DNA of 64,000 nt, from the sequence record OZ470804.1. The stretch is one strand, 5' to 3'. Position 1 is the first letter of the stretch. Every line of letters begins with the position of its first letter. Below the pieces are notes generated by a model. That model was not told the origin of the DNA, made no database searches, and was given only the letters and a program-made list of their open reading frames with translations. Positions 47,246 to 56,483 of this stretch are shown in pieces. Position numbers and translations under genes: made by a program. This DNA is from a phage.

Positions 47246-48110
47246 ACCATGTTAATAGCTTGTTAAAAAGATTAGACACTTGTTAGGAACTTGTTAATTA
47301 TCTTAACAAAATAACTCTTAAAAATTAACTTGTTAGCTCTTGTTAGTCATCTGTTAAGATTCTGTAAAGCCTATTCAGCACTTGTTAAGAAACTGTTAAA
47401 GCCTTGTTAGTTCTGTTAAGAATCTGTTAAGACCTTTGAAGAGTTGTTAAGAAGATGTGAGAGCTGTTAAGAGATTGTTAAGGATATTTTAAAATTTTGC
47501 AAAGGGGATGTTACAGGGATGTTAAGGGCTACCAAGCAGATATACATCTTCTACAGATATTTTTGAGTTCCTTCAAAGACCCTAAAAAATGACTTGATAG
47601 TCCTATTTTATAAAAATTTTAAAATTCTGAATAATTACCTAGACAGTCTTTTAAAAATACAGGTAGAAACAGGCTTATAAGATACCTTGTTAGTACCGTG
47701 TTAGACCTTGTGAGATAAGGTCTGTGAAGATATTCCTGTTAAGTTTGTTAAAACAGTCTATATAGAGGCTTAGTAATACCTAGTGAACACCTATAGAGAG
47801 TCACATAGCTTACATAGAGATTAAGAGGTGTATAGGAGCTTCTAAGAGTGTGTAGAGAGATGGTTAAGATGATTGTATAGGTTGTTTAGAAGGCTTGTTA
47901 GAAGAGTGTTTAGATGGCTATTTAGAAGGGCTATACAGAGGGCTATTAAGACCACTAGATAGTTACTAAGATACTATATAGTACTATATAACTATATAGA
48001 GAGTAAGATTAAGAAGGTTGTTAAGAAGGATAGATATTTTATTCACATATGATGGTGACCCAGAGGTTGGGACAACCGATAAAATTTTATAAAAAATATA
48101 AATTTCGTAA
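47246..48110. repeat. non-coding block of degenerate ~11 bp periodic repeats (YTGTTAAG / TTGTTAG / TATAG units)
   Basis: more than 20 copies of CTGTTAAG-like units between 47270 and 47480, further TAGAG/TTAAG/TATAG units to 48050; no ORF longer than 60 codons. Confidence 0.7.
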
Positions 48111-48137
48111 ATTTTACTCAATAAAAAGCCCCCGATT
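48110..48137 (-). terminator. intrinsic terminator (minus strand)
   Basis: AGCCCCC..GGAGGCT hairpin with plus-strand A-run, downstream of ORF 48158-48751. Confidence 0.45.
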
Positions 48138-48157
48138 AAGGAGGCTCTTAAGATATT

Positions 48158-48751
48158 TTAAATCAGTGTTTCCAGAACTGTTTTTAATGATGACTTGGTT
48201 GTCTGATAAAAATGAGTAAATCCATTGTTGTTATCAAATACCTGCATCATGATATCATCTCCCTTGATTGGGTACACTCGGATATCATAGTGAAAACCAT
48301 TAAAGACACAAGAACCACTACAGAATGCTCTAAAGTCATCCACTGAGATATACTCTTCATGACCTGTGATTTTTATACAAACACCTTTACTCGGTCTCTT
48401 AGGGTTGATATCTTCCATCACAGACATACTCTGTCCACCAAGAGATACCATAGTGACTACTTTACGGTTCTTCTGTCTAAAGTACATCTTAACTTTCTGT
48501 AAAGTGTCTTCATAGAACGGATAAGACTTCTCTACAAAGATTCCTTCAAGTGGCTCTTTACCATTTTTAACTTCTCTGTAACCACGTACTGCAAAAACAA
48601 TCTGTTTTAATCTGTCAAGACTTTCTTCAGAGAGTGCTTCTTGAGCATCACTCCAGTCAAGGACTAGATAGTTACCTTCAACATCTTTTAAGTTATCTTT
48701 TTCCATAACTATCACACCATTATCGTAAAACTTGGTAAGCTGGAACTGCAA
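48158..48751 (-). CDS. hypothetical protein
   Basis: 197 aa ORF. Confidence 0.5.
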   Translation of the reverse strand: MQFQLTKFYDNGVIVMEKDNLKDVEGNYLVLDWSDAQEALSEESLDRLKQIVFAVRGYREVKNGKEPLEGIFVEKSYPFYEDTLQKVKMYFRQKNRKVVTMVSLGGQSMSVMEDINPKRPSKGVCIKITGHEEYISVDDFRAFCSGSCVFNGFHYDIRVYPIKGDDIMMQVFDNNNGFTHFYQTTKSSLKTVLETLI

Positions 48752-49184
48752 ACTTGTTGCCGTTGTTCTTAATGAGGTCTTCTTCTGTTACTAAGAATGT
48801 AATCCCACACAAGTGTGTGTAGTGGCTATCATACTCAAATATTTTAAGTAAGTATTTACCGTCGTGATAAACAGATTCTACTACACCTTTTGCAACAATC
48901 TTTCCAGTCTTGAAATCTTTAAGAGGGTATACATTACCAACTTTAGGGACTGTTTTCATCTCAGGTTCTTTTAGCTTCTCACCAGCTTCTACATCACCTA
49001 GTAAGTGAGAACTTTCAAACGCTACATATTGCATATAAGCCTCTGAGCATTCCCAGATAAAACAATGTACAAGAACCTTAGCAGCATGTCTTGAACAATT
49101 CAACTTATCACAAATTTCTTTATACATTTCATCTTTAGTTGAGTTGTCAAGCATTGCTCTTTGCACTACTTCTTTAATTTTCAT
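48720..49184 (-). CDS. hypothetical protein
   Basis: 154 aa ORF. Confidence 0.5.
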   Translation of the reverse strand: MKIKEVVQRAMLDNSTKDEMYKEICDKLNCSRHAAKVLVHCFIWECSEAYMQYVAFESSHLLGDVEAGEKLKEPEMKTVPKVGNVYPLKDFKTGKIVAKGVVESVYHDGKYLLKIFEYDSHYTHLCGITFLVTEEDLIKNNGNKFAVPAYQVLR

Positions 49185-49602
49185 AAGCTCTCCGAATAAC
49201 CCTATTAAGCATCTCTAAAGTCAGCTTTCCAGATTCTAAATGTGGCATAACAAGCTTTAAAGCTTTTTCAACATCATGCACAACATCTATTATACCTTCT
49301 GCATAGGCTTCTACAAGGATATCTTTTACATTTTGTGATTTACCTTTTTGTGGTATCACTAGATGCATATCAAACTCATTTGCTTGAGGATGGTTCTTAC
49401 CACGCCAGAAACCGTCCTTATCAAAGCTTATAAAGTTATCCTCATTAAAATTAATACCACAAACCTTAAACTTATCTAAAACTATGCAGTTGAGAGGGTA
49501 ATCATCACTTGCATCATTCATTCCAAGAAACTTAACAGTAGCTATATACCTCTGTGTCTTTGCATCTACAACGTCAAGCTCTTTACCTATAAGCTCTTTC
49601 AT
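49174..49602 (-). CDS. hypothetical protein
   Basis: 142 aa ORF. Confidence 0.5.
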   Translation of the reverse strand: MKELIGKELDVVDAKTQRYIATVKFLGMNDASDDYPLNCIVLDKFKVCGINFNEDNFISFDKDGFWRGKNHPQANEFDMHLVIPQKGKSQNVKDILVEAYAEGIIDVVHDVEKALKLVMPHLESGKLTLEMLNRVIRRAYEN

Positions 49603-49654
49603 TTCGCTACCTTCTAAGTTCCTACAAAGGGGCTATCAAGTAACCCCTAAGTTA

Positions 49655-49879
49655 TTACTCAGACTTTTCAGTCTTCTTATCGGATTTCTTACTAGTCTTC
49701 TTCTCAGCTTTCTGTTCAGGTTCCTTCTCAGAAGTTGCCTTGATAACCATGTCAAGAAGCTCTGATAAGTCACTCTTCAGCAGAGTAACAGGCTGCTCAT
49801 TGTAGAAGTTTTTGTCAAGATAAACTTTGAACTCTTCAATAGATGGAAATCCAAAAATTGGTACAGGTGTCTTAATCAT
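49655..49879 (-). CDS. hypothetical protein with lysine-rich C-terminus
   Basis: 74 aa ORF. Confidence 0.4.
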   Translation of the reverse strand: MIKTPVPIFGFPSIEEFKVYLDKNFYNEQPVTLLKSDLSELLDMVIKATSEKEPEQKAEKKTSKKSDKKTEKSE

Positions 49880-49955
49880 TACTTAGTCTCTCCATAGGCA
49901 TCTTTCAAGATTGCCTTGTTAATCATTTCAGCGATTGCAAAACGAACACATACAG

Positions 49956-50489
49956 CTATAATTGTAGGTTGCATTCTTTACTTACCTCTTCAAGTTTAAC
50001 CTCAGAATCCTTAAGTCGTTTCTTATGAACTCTGAATCTTAGTAGTGAGATGATGATACCAGCTAAAGGAACAGCATACAAGTACCAAACATCATATACC
50101 TTTGCGGTAATCTGTGTAATGGTCAAGTCTTGAGCTATGGAGCTGATTGCTGATACGGCTAGTAATGTTGCTAAGAAGAAAACCAGTATCATAGCAATAT
50201 TCAGACAACCTCTGGCATGGTATTCATGCTTAATGCACTTATTCTTCTCTTCAACAACCCTGTTGTAGTCATTTGTAAAGTCTCTGTAGAAAGCTTTCAG
50301 GTATTCTTGAGTGTAGCCTTCAAAGCAACCTGTACCGTACCAATAATCACCACCAAAGTGTGCTATGATACCGGTATCTCCATTTGGTTTGGTTACTCTC
50401 AAAGAAGTATGATGACGCGTATCCTGATAATCTATCTTATATCTTTCTTCGTAAATCATTTTCCAACCCCTCTCAATCGTTTGTTCCAC
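49956..50489 (-). CDS. membrane protein
   Basis: two predicted TM helices in C-terminal half. Confidence 0.5.
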   Translation of the reverse strand: MEQTIERGWKMIYEERYKIDYQDTRHHTSLRVTKPNGDTGIIAHFGGDYWYGTGCFEGYTQEYLKAFYRDFTNDYNRVVEEKNKCIKHEYHARGCLNIAMILVFFLATLLAVSAISSIAQDLTITQITAKVYDVWYLYAVPLAGIIISLLRFRVHKKRLKDSEVKLEEVSKECNLQL

Positions 50490-50674
50490 TCAAGGTCAAC
50501 AAGCCTTTGCAGGACTTTCCCTCTAGGTGTTACACCTTTTAAATCTGCATCGTAGCAATGGTAAAAGTCACCTTCAGCGTGTTTACCATAGCATTTTCTG
50601 ATATTCTGACTTCTACGATATTGTTCTAATAGGGACAGCTTGTAGTAATCTTCAACTGTAGTTAGCTTTTTCAT
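50456..50674 (-). CDS. hypothetical protein
   Basis: 72 aa ORF. Confidence 0.4.
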   Translation of the reverse strand: MKKLTTVEDYYKLSLLEQYRRSQNIRKCYGKHAEGDFYHCYDADLKGVTPRGKVLQRLVDLEWNKRLRGVGK

Positions 50675-50757
50675 TCTTTCACCACGAATCCTCTTAAGAA
50701 ACTAAAAAGGGAACTACCTCTCGATAGCTCCCATCATAGTTAACATTGTATACTCGG

Positions 50758-51339
50758 TCAAGAGTATTTTTTAGGCAGTAATGCGCTACGTTTGTTACTC
50801 TCTTCACTCAACAGTGCGATGAAGTCATCACCTTTGCCTTTCCACGGGCTGAATGAAGGGATATGCTCACGAATAGCTTCAATCACTGTCTTAAGTGCTG
50901 TATTTTTCATCCACCAATCAGAATCTGCTAATGCCACTACGTAGTATCCACCTTCATCAGTCAGAATAGGTTCTGAGATACATGGTGAAATCACAGTGGT
51001 AATGACTGAACCATTGTTCATGTAGTATGTACGCTTAATAACTTTTTCAAGAAGCTTGTGAAGGTCACCAAACAGTGTTACAAGCTCTTTGTGGTCAATG
51101 TCTTTTTCGAGATTTGCTCGATACTTCAAAAGTGCAGCATCAACTTCTCTGTCATTAAACTTGAAGTACTGAACTTCCTCAACAAGACAAACACTGATGT
51201 TGTTGACATTCATAGTCAACTTGCAAACTTTTGCAGGAGAATTGATATTTGGTTGAAAAAGTGCAATACACCCTTCGATGTTTCCAAAATGTTGTACTAA
51301 TGTCACTTGTGGAGTGATACTCTGTTGCTCTTCGGACAT
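50758..51339 (-). CDS. hypothetical protein
   Basis: 193 aa ORF. Confidence 0.5.
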   Translation of the reverse strand: MSEEQQSITPQVTLVQHFGNIEGCIALFQPNINSPAKVCKLTMNVNNISVCLVEEVQYFKFNDREVDAALLKYRANLEKDIDHKELVTLFGDLHKLLEKVIKRTYYMNNGSVITTVISPCISEPILTDEGGYYVVALADSDWWMKNTALKTVIEAIREHIPSFSPWKGKGDDFIALLSEESNKRSALLPKKYS

Positions 51340-51683
51340 TACAGTTTCCTCATTAAATACTTTTTAAGTTGTGTGTTAGGTTTCTCAAAAACTTCTATAG
51401 AAGATATCTTGACAGATTCACCACGCATACCTGTATGTTTGAATATATAGTACTCTAACATCCCTATATACTTTGCTGGTAAGTCATGCTTGACATACAC
51501 CGTTACAGAATCTTCAAATTCAACAACCTTTGTACCATCTTTGTAGTTAAACTCTTTAGGATGGTTATAGTTGTCAATATCGTACATTAAAAAGAGTCTT
51601 TTCCGTTGCATATCAAGCTTATTGGTTAAAGACTCTTTGATGTCTGAGAAGTTTTTATACACTGTGACATGGAGCTTACTCAT
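51339..51683 (-). CDS. hypothetical protein
   Basis: 114 aa ORF. Confidence 0.5.
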   Translation of the reverse strand: MSKLHVTVYKNFSDIKESLTNKLDMQRKRLFLMYDIDNYNHPKEFNYKDGTKVVEFEDSVTVYVKHDLPAKYIGMLEYYIFKHTGMRGESVKISSIEVFEKPNTQLKKYLMRKL

Positions 51684-51969
51684 CGTTAAACTCTCTGACG
51701 AAGAAATAGTTGACTTTATTATTACCTACCATAAGGTCAAAGCAGGTGTTCTCAAAAGGTTTGTTGTAGGCATCATATGAAGTGTACGTATCAGCTACTT
51801 GTTTGGTGTTGAGCTTTTTACTTGATGGATTTAAGAGGCCACCATACAGTTTCTTGATAGCCTCTTCTACAACAGACCAGATGATTTCGTCAGTAATTTC
51901 TTCGTACAGGTCAAGTTCACGCTCTAGTGAGAAGTCACAAATTGGGAAAATAACCTGTACTTTACTCAT
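51676..51969 (-). CDS. hypothetical protein
   Basis: 97 aa ORF. Confidence 0.45.
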   Translation of the reverse strand: MSKVQVIFPICDFSLERELDLYEEITDEIIWSVVEEAIKKLYGGLLNPSSKKLNTKQVADTYTSYDAYNKPFENTCFDLMVGNNKVNYFFVREFNDE

Positions 51970-52388
51970 TAACGAATAACCTGTGAGACTTGAATTGCTT
52001 CAGTTACTGATAAGTCACCCACTTTCTCTTCTTTGATAAAAGTGAAGGTGAGTTCAACAGGCTCTTGCTCTTCTTGCTCAACCGGAACACCGTTAAGCTC
52101 ATCAAAGATTGATTGAGTTGTCCAGTCTTCTCCACCATCTGGATAGTGGATGGCATAAAGAGGGAACTCTAAATTATACCAAGCAAAAACAGGGCAACCA
52201 TCTGCATCATCTCGGCATCTGTGGAGATATGTGTTTGTACCTTCAAAATGCAAATGGAGATTACCATTCTTCTCAAAAAGAAGAGCATCTTGCAGGTCTA
52301 GTTCCTCATTTTCACTGTAACGGCTGACATCGACTTTAACGTGAATATGACTGTTATTATTCATAAAAACCTCTCTCTGCTTGTTCAA
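51969..52388 (-). CDS. hypothetical protein
   Basis: 139 aa ORF. Confidence 0.5.
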   Translation of the reverse strand: MNKQREVFMNNNSHIHVKVDVSRYSENEELDLQDALLFEKNGNLHLHFEGTNTYLHRCRDDADGCPVFAWYNLEFPLYAIHYPDGGEDWTTQSIFDELNGVPVEQEEQEPVELTFTFIKEEKVGDLSVTEAIQVSQVIR

Positions 52389-52755
52389 TTTTTTCTCTTA
52401 AAATTTCGCAATGTTGTAAATGGTAGTTAGCTTCTTGTTCATGTGTTGCTAACTGCCTTTCAAGAACAGTTTTATAATAACTTGCAAGTTGCTCTTTTGT
52501 CAACGGGTGTTCTGAAATAATATCAAGTCCACTTTCACCAAGAGGGTTGAATTGTCCATGTTCATTGACATTGTAAGTCTCAAACTTGAACAGGCCATTG
52601 TTCACAGACTCAATAGGTGACAGCTCAACAAGCTCTACAGTAAACCGTGTATACACCTTGTCGCCTCTTGAAACCACATTGTTTCCAACAATTCGTACAA
52701 GAGAACCATTACGAGTGTACTTAAAAGTCCCAAAGTCACTAGCCCAAAGCTTCAT
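52357..52755 (-). CDS. hypothetical protein
   Basis: 132 aa ORF. Confidence 0.5.
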   Translation of the reverse strand: MKLWASDFGTFKYTRNGSLVRIVGNNVVSRGDKVYTRFTVELVELSPIESVNNGLFKFETYNVNEHGQFNPLGESGLDIISEHPLTKEQLASYYKTVLERQLATHEQEANYHLQHCEILREKIEQAERGFYE

Positions 52756-52769
52756 AGTTTTCTCCTTAG

Positions 52770-52796
52770 AAAATAAAAAAGGCTCCCGAAGGAGCC
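52770..52796 (-). terminator. intrinsic terminator (minus strand)
   Basis: GGCTCC-CGAA-GGAGCC hairpin with plus-strand A-run. Confidence 0.65.
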
Positions 52797-52806
52797 TATG
52801 AAGATA

Positions 52807-53271
52807 TTACTTTGGATATACACTGTCAAGATAAATGTCAGCTTCCATTCTACGTCTGTTTTTCAGACCGTTTGAAGTGACCTTCTTACCTTTGACTGTA
52901 ACCTTGTTCCACCACTGCATAGCTTCTGCACAACCTACCTTATTACCAGCGTTGTGGCGCTTGATAAATGTAGAATCCTGCATAGCTGTGATACCGATGT
53001 TGTATGTTTCACTTACAAGTGCATCGAACTCATTCTGAGAGGTTGGAACCTTGATAGCTTTATTCACTGCTGCAACGAACTTCTCAACATCTGCAAGAAG
53101 ATACTGTTCAGCTTGTTCAGCAGTAATTTTCATACCCATCTTAACAGGTTTTCCGTCAATACGGATTGTACCATACCCGATTGTTGGGATTCCGGCAGAG
53201 TCTTCGTAAGCCTCTAACTTCAGACCTTCAAAGAACTTAATAGCTTCTAAACCTTTTCTTGAGAGTTGCAT
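52807..53271 (-). CDS. endolysin, GH24 lysozyme
   Basis: catalytic E..D..T spacing in FEGLKLEAYEDSAGIPTIGYGT. Confidence 0.85.
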   Translation of the reverse strand: MQLSRKGLEAIKFFEGLKLEAYEDSAGIPTIGYGTIRIDGKPVKMGMKITAEQAEQYLLADVEKFVAAVNKAIKVPTSQNEFDALVSETYNIGITAMQDSTFIKRHNAGNKVGCAEAMQWWNKVTVKGKKVTSNGLKNRRRMEADIYLDSVYPK

Positions 53272-54404
53272 TATGCCTCCCCTGCTGGGTTAACTGTAAC
53301 TGTTGCCGCATTAGATGTCACAGAGCCACCTGCACCAGTAACTACACAAGTGTAGCTTCCTGCATCAGCAGTGGTTGCACCTTCTTTGGTGTAAGTTGCA
53401 GCAGTTGCGTCTGGGATGACTTCCTCACCCTTCTTCCACTGATAACCTGTTGCACCAGTAGCCACAACATTCAGCGTTAAGGTCTCACCTTCAGTGATTT
53501 CTTGATTGGCTGGCTGTTGAGTGATAACTGGTAAAGCATTTACCGTGATTGTTGCAGGGTTAGAAGTAACAGAACCTCCAGCACCTGTTACAACGCAAGT
53601 ATATGAACCTGCATCTGCTGGCAGTGCACCAGACTTGCTATAGGTGGCGTTTGTAGCTGAAGGGATGTCAGAACCATCTTTCTTCCACTGGTAACCTGTT
53701 GCGCCTGTTGCAGTCACTGCTAGACTGATGTTTCCACCTTCATTAATGGTCTGGCTAGAAGGTTGCTGTGTAATCACTGGCAAGGCGTTCACAGTCACTG
53801 TTGCTGCATCTGAGGTGACACTTGTCCCACCCTCTCCAGATACAACACAAGTGTATGAACCAGCGTCAGAAGGTGCTACGGATTGTTTTGTGTAAGTTGC
53901 AGAAGTGGCACTAGGGATGTCCTCACCATCCTTCTTCCACTGATATCCAGTGGCGTTAGTTGCTAGAACACTTAGAGTAAGTGTGCCACCCTCATTGACT
54001 GTTTGACCTGTTGGTTGCTGAGTAATTGCTGGTGGCTTAATAGCATCCTTCAACTTAGCATTCAACATTGAGAACGGTTTAACTCTTGCCAACCATTCAC
54101 AGTAAATTGTGTCAACATCTTTACCGTTGATAATTGCATACTGTAAATCCATGAAGAAATCAGCAGTTCTCATCTGTGCACCAACGCTGTAAAGAAGTTC
54201 ATCACTAAATGGAACTTTGTAGTCTGGTTTGTAGTCAAACTTCGCAACCTCTGCAATATCAGCTTCAGGCCAATATGAGCTATAGGTGAGCGGTAAAATA
54301 GCTTCTTGATATGTTCTAAAATCATATCTCTTACCAGCCTTTACATTTGCAACGAAACCCTTTACAAATTCTTTGAAGTCTGGGTAAGTCTTTGCTTTAA
54401 TCAT
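53271..54404 (-). CDS. Ig-like repeat protein (N-terminal domain + three tandem Ig-like domains)
   Basis: three ~85 aa repeats each with ATGYQWKKDG and GSYTCVV; N-terminal ~125 aa homologous to next ORF. Confidence 0.65.
   Translation of the reverse strand: MIKAKTYPDFKEFVKGFVANVKAGKRYDFRTYQEAILPLTYSSYWPEADIAEVAKFDYKPDYKVPFSDELLYSVGAQMRTADFFMDLQYAIINGKDVDTIYCEWLARVKPFSMLNAKLKDAIKPPAITQQPTGQTVNEGGTLTLSVLATNATGYQWKKDGEDIPSATSATYTKQSVAPSDAGSYTCVVSGEGGTSVTSDAATVTVNALPVITQQPSSQTINEGGNISLAVTATGATGYQWKKDGSDIPSATNATYSKSGALPADAGSYTCVVTGAGGSVTSNPATITVNALPVITQQPANQEITEGETLTLNVVATGATGYQWKKGEEVIPDATAATYTKEGATTADAGSYTCVVTGAGGSVTSNAATVTVNPAGEA
53285..54045 (-). repeat. three tandem ~255 bp coding repeats
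   Basis: direct DNA repeats encoding the Ig-like units. Confidence 0.65.
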
Positions 54405-54772
54405 TTCTTTTTAGCCTCTAAACGTGCGTTTAATCTAAAATAGCCTTTATGTTGTGGAGACACATCACTAACAACAATGCCTTCAACTTTATAACCCTTA
54501 CCAATTACATACTGGATATCCATAAGAAACGTACCAAGCCCAACAATGTGGAACATTGGGTATAGCAACTTATCTGAATCTGGGAGTTTAATTTCTGGGT
54601 TATAGGTGGGTTGTTCGGCAGTTGGTGTAATATCCTCTTCAGGCCATTTACTCATTCTCCATGTTAAAGGTGTTGGGATAACATCGTTAAGATTGTATCT
54701 TTCACCATTCTCCACGGAGTGGATATAGGATTGTAGGAAGCAATAAAAGTCTTTTGCACTCTTAGCCTTCAT
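54401..54772 (-). CDS. paralog of the N-terminal domain of the Ig-like protein
   Basis: shared KDFxxFLQSY..ERY..LLY..F.MD.QY.I..G pattern, no Ig repeats. Confidence 0.55.
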   Translation of the reverse strand: MKAKSAKDFYCFLQSYIHSVENGERYNLNDVIPTPLTWRMSKWPEEDITPTAEQPTYNPEIKLPDSDKLLYPMFHIVGLGTFLMDIQYVIGKGYKVEGIVVSDVSPQHKGYFRLNARLEAKKK

Positions 54773-54785
54773 TAAATATCCTTAT

Positions 54786-54812
54786 AAACAGATAAAGGGG
54801 CATCAGCCCCTG
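54786..54812 (-). terminator. intrinsic terminator (minus strand)
   Basis: AGGGGC-ATCA-GCCCCT hairpin with plus-strand A-rich run. Confidence 0.45.
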
Positions 54813-54819
54813 TTTATAC

Positions 54820-55410
54820 TTAAGCTTTGGTCTTAAGTAGGTTCTTAAGTTTTTTGAGATTCATGCTCTCGTCAAACTTAAAACCAAATCCATTGACATA
54901 ATCAATGAACTCGGATTTCTTACTAAGTGATAGTGCGTAACTCATATCAAAGTTATTACTTGTTTCTGCGTCTGGACTAGAGTTCACATCAAATGAAATT
55001 TCTGTAGGCTCTTGCTTGCTACTTCTCATATTATCAATCAATAGACAGGTGTAGTTCGCTGGATAGAAGTTAACACTCCCATCAACATACCCATACTTAT
55101 TATTGTGAATAAGGCTGGAAAATACCTTAAGAAATGTTTCTGAGTCGTGGCATACAAGTTTGAATTGACTGCATTCCCCAAGAGCCACTAAAGAGTAAGG
55201 GCTTTCACTATCAATGTCATAGTTTGGATTTGATGTTGTAACCGTCACACGCATCAAGTTATTAGCAATAGTCTTCTGCTTGAAAGAATTTGGGACATAG
55301 TGAAGACCTCTATCACACTGATTAACTAGCTCTTTAAGTAGGTCGTTTGCATATGGTGAATTAATTGATACAGAGCCATCACTATTATAATTAAAACTTA
55401 CTGTTAACAT
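54820..55410 (-). CDS. hypothetical protein
   Basis: 196 aa ORF. Confidence 0.5.
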   Translation of the reverse strand: MLTVSFNYNSDGSVSINSPYANDLLKELVNQCDRGLHYVPNSFKQKTIANNLMRVTVTTSNPNYDIDSESPYSLVALGECSQFKLVCHDSETFLKVFSSLIHNNKYGYVDGSVNFYPANYTCLLIDNMRSSKQEPTEISFDVNSSPDAETSNNFDMSYALSLSKKSEFIDYVNGFGFKFDESMNLKKLKNLLKTKA

Positions 55411-55637
55411 TTTTCAGTTCTCCTGCGATTTATGATTTTGCTGCAATAGAGAAACGAAGTAAACTCACTGGAAGAAACCATTAAGTGTTGTTCACTAGAT
55501 TGAGCCATTGCCCTGAAATACATTCCAGTCAAAGCATCGTAGTGACTATTCTTTCCAATTGAGGTTATATAGCCATGACTCTTTGCAGTTTTATATAAAT
55601 CTATAATATCTGCGATTTCTAATTGGGAACTACACAT
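55404..55637 (-). CDS. hypothetical protein
   Basis: 77 aa ORF. Confidence 0.4.
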   Translation of the reverse strand: MCSSQLEIADIIDLYKTAKSHGYITSIGKNSHYDALTGMYFRAMAQSSEQHLMVSSSEFTSFLYCSKIINRRRTEKC

Positions 55638-55879
55638 AGATAATCCTCTTGTCTTCTGTAATTTTGAAAGAACAGGTACAGACCAATTTCAGAGGATGAA
55701 TAGTAGAGTAACTCTACCCTTTTTGATTCCTTACAGTGATTGGTATTTTTACCTTTCTTCGGGTTGTTTGATTTTCTCATTAAGTCTCCTTTGTAGAACA
55801 AGGCAGACCTACAGCTTTAAGTAAGATGGTACAGTAATCCATACAACAAGTCAAGAACTATTGCAAGTTAAAAAAGTTG

Positions 55880-55920
55880 TTGACAAAGTACTTGACAAGG
55901 TGTAGCCTTATAAATACTTA
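55880..55920 (+). promoter_or_regulatory. putative promoter with tandem TTGACA boxes
   Basis: AAAAAGTTGTTGACAAAGTACTTGACAAGGTG; -10 element not resolved. Confidence 0.35.
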
Positions 55921-56029
55921 GAAGATAACTTAAAAGGTTCCTCTAAAAAGGCTATTTAAACAGATATCTTTCTGGATATCTATCTTTTATCTTAAAAGCC
56001 TTTTAAGAGGTCTTATAAGAGGCATACCA

Positions 56030-56401
56030 ATGAAAAACAGAACAAACAAAGGCCAGTTTAAAAAAGGCCAGTCTGGAAACCCATCTGGAAGACCAAAAGG
56101 CTCTCGTAACAAAAGTTCACTCGTAAAAGCTCAACTGACCATTGATAATTCTGCTGAGTTTGCTGCAAAGTTGTTTGAAGCGATTGTTACAAGGGACGCT
56201 GCTAAGCTTGCAGAGTTTGGGTTAAACACAGACGACGTAACCATCAAGAGCATGATTGAGGTCGGTAAAACTATCATGACCCACTCAGCAGGTGAGATGA
56301 AAGCAATTGCAGCAGACACTAAGAAGACTCCTGATAATGGTGGTCAGTCTCAGACAGATAACAAACCAACGTTCTCTGCTGTAGCGACTCTCAAAAAATA
56401 A
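56030..56401 (+). CDS. hypothetical protein with GQSGNPSGRPKG motif
   Basis: 123 aa ORF; motif is common in phage proteins of unknown function. Confidence 0.5.
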   Translation: MKNRTNKGQFKKGQSGNPSGRPKGSRNKSSLVKAQLTIDNSAEFAAKLFEAIVTRDAAKLAEFGLNTDDVTIKSMIEVGKTIMTHSAGEMKAIAADTKKTPDNGGQSQTDNKPTFSAVATLKK

Positions 56402-56483
56402 TTTTAAAAGGTGTTGACAGGCTCTACAAAGTTGCTCTAAAGTCTGTCACATCAACAAACAAAATGAGAGAAGAGAGTAAAAT

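Noticed and set aside
55619-55801. 60 aa minus-strand ORF 55619-55801
   Set aside because: Overlaps the preceding ORF, poor start context, Lys/Asn-rich low complexity
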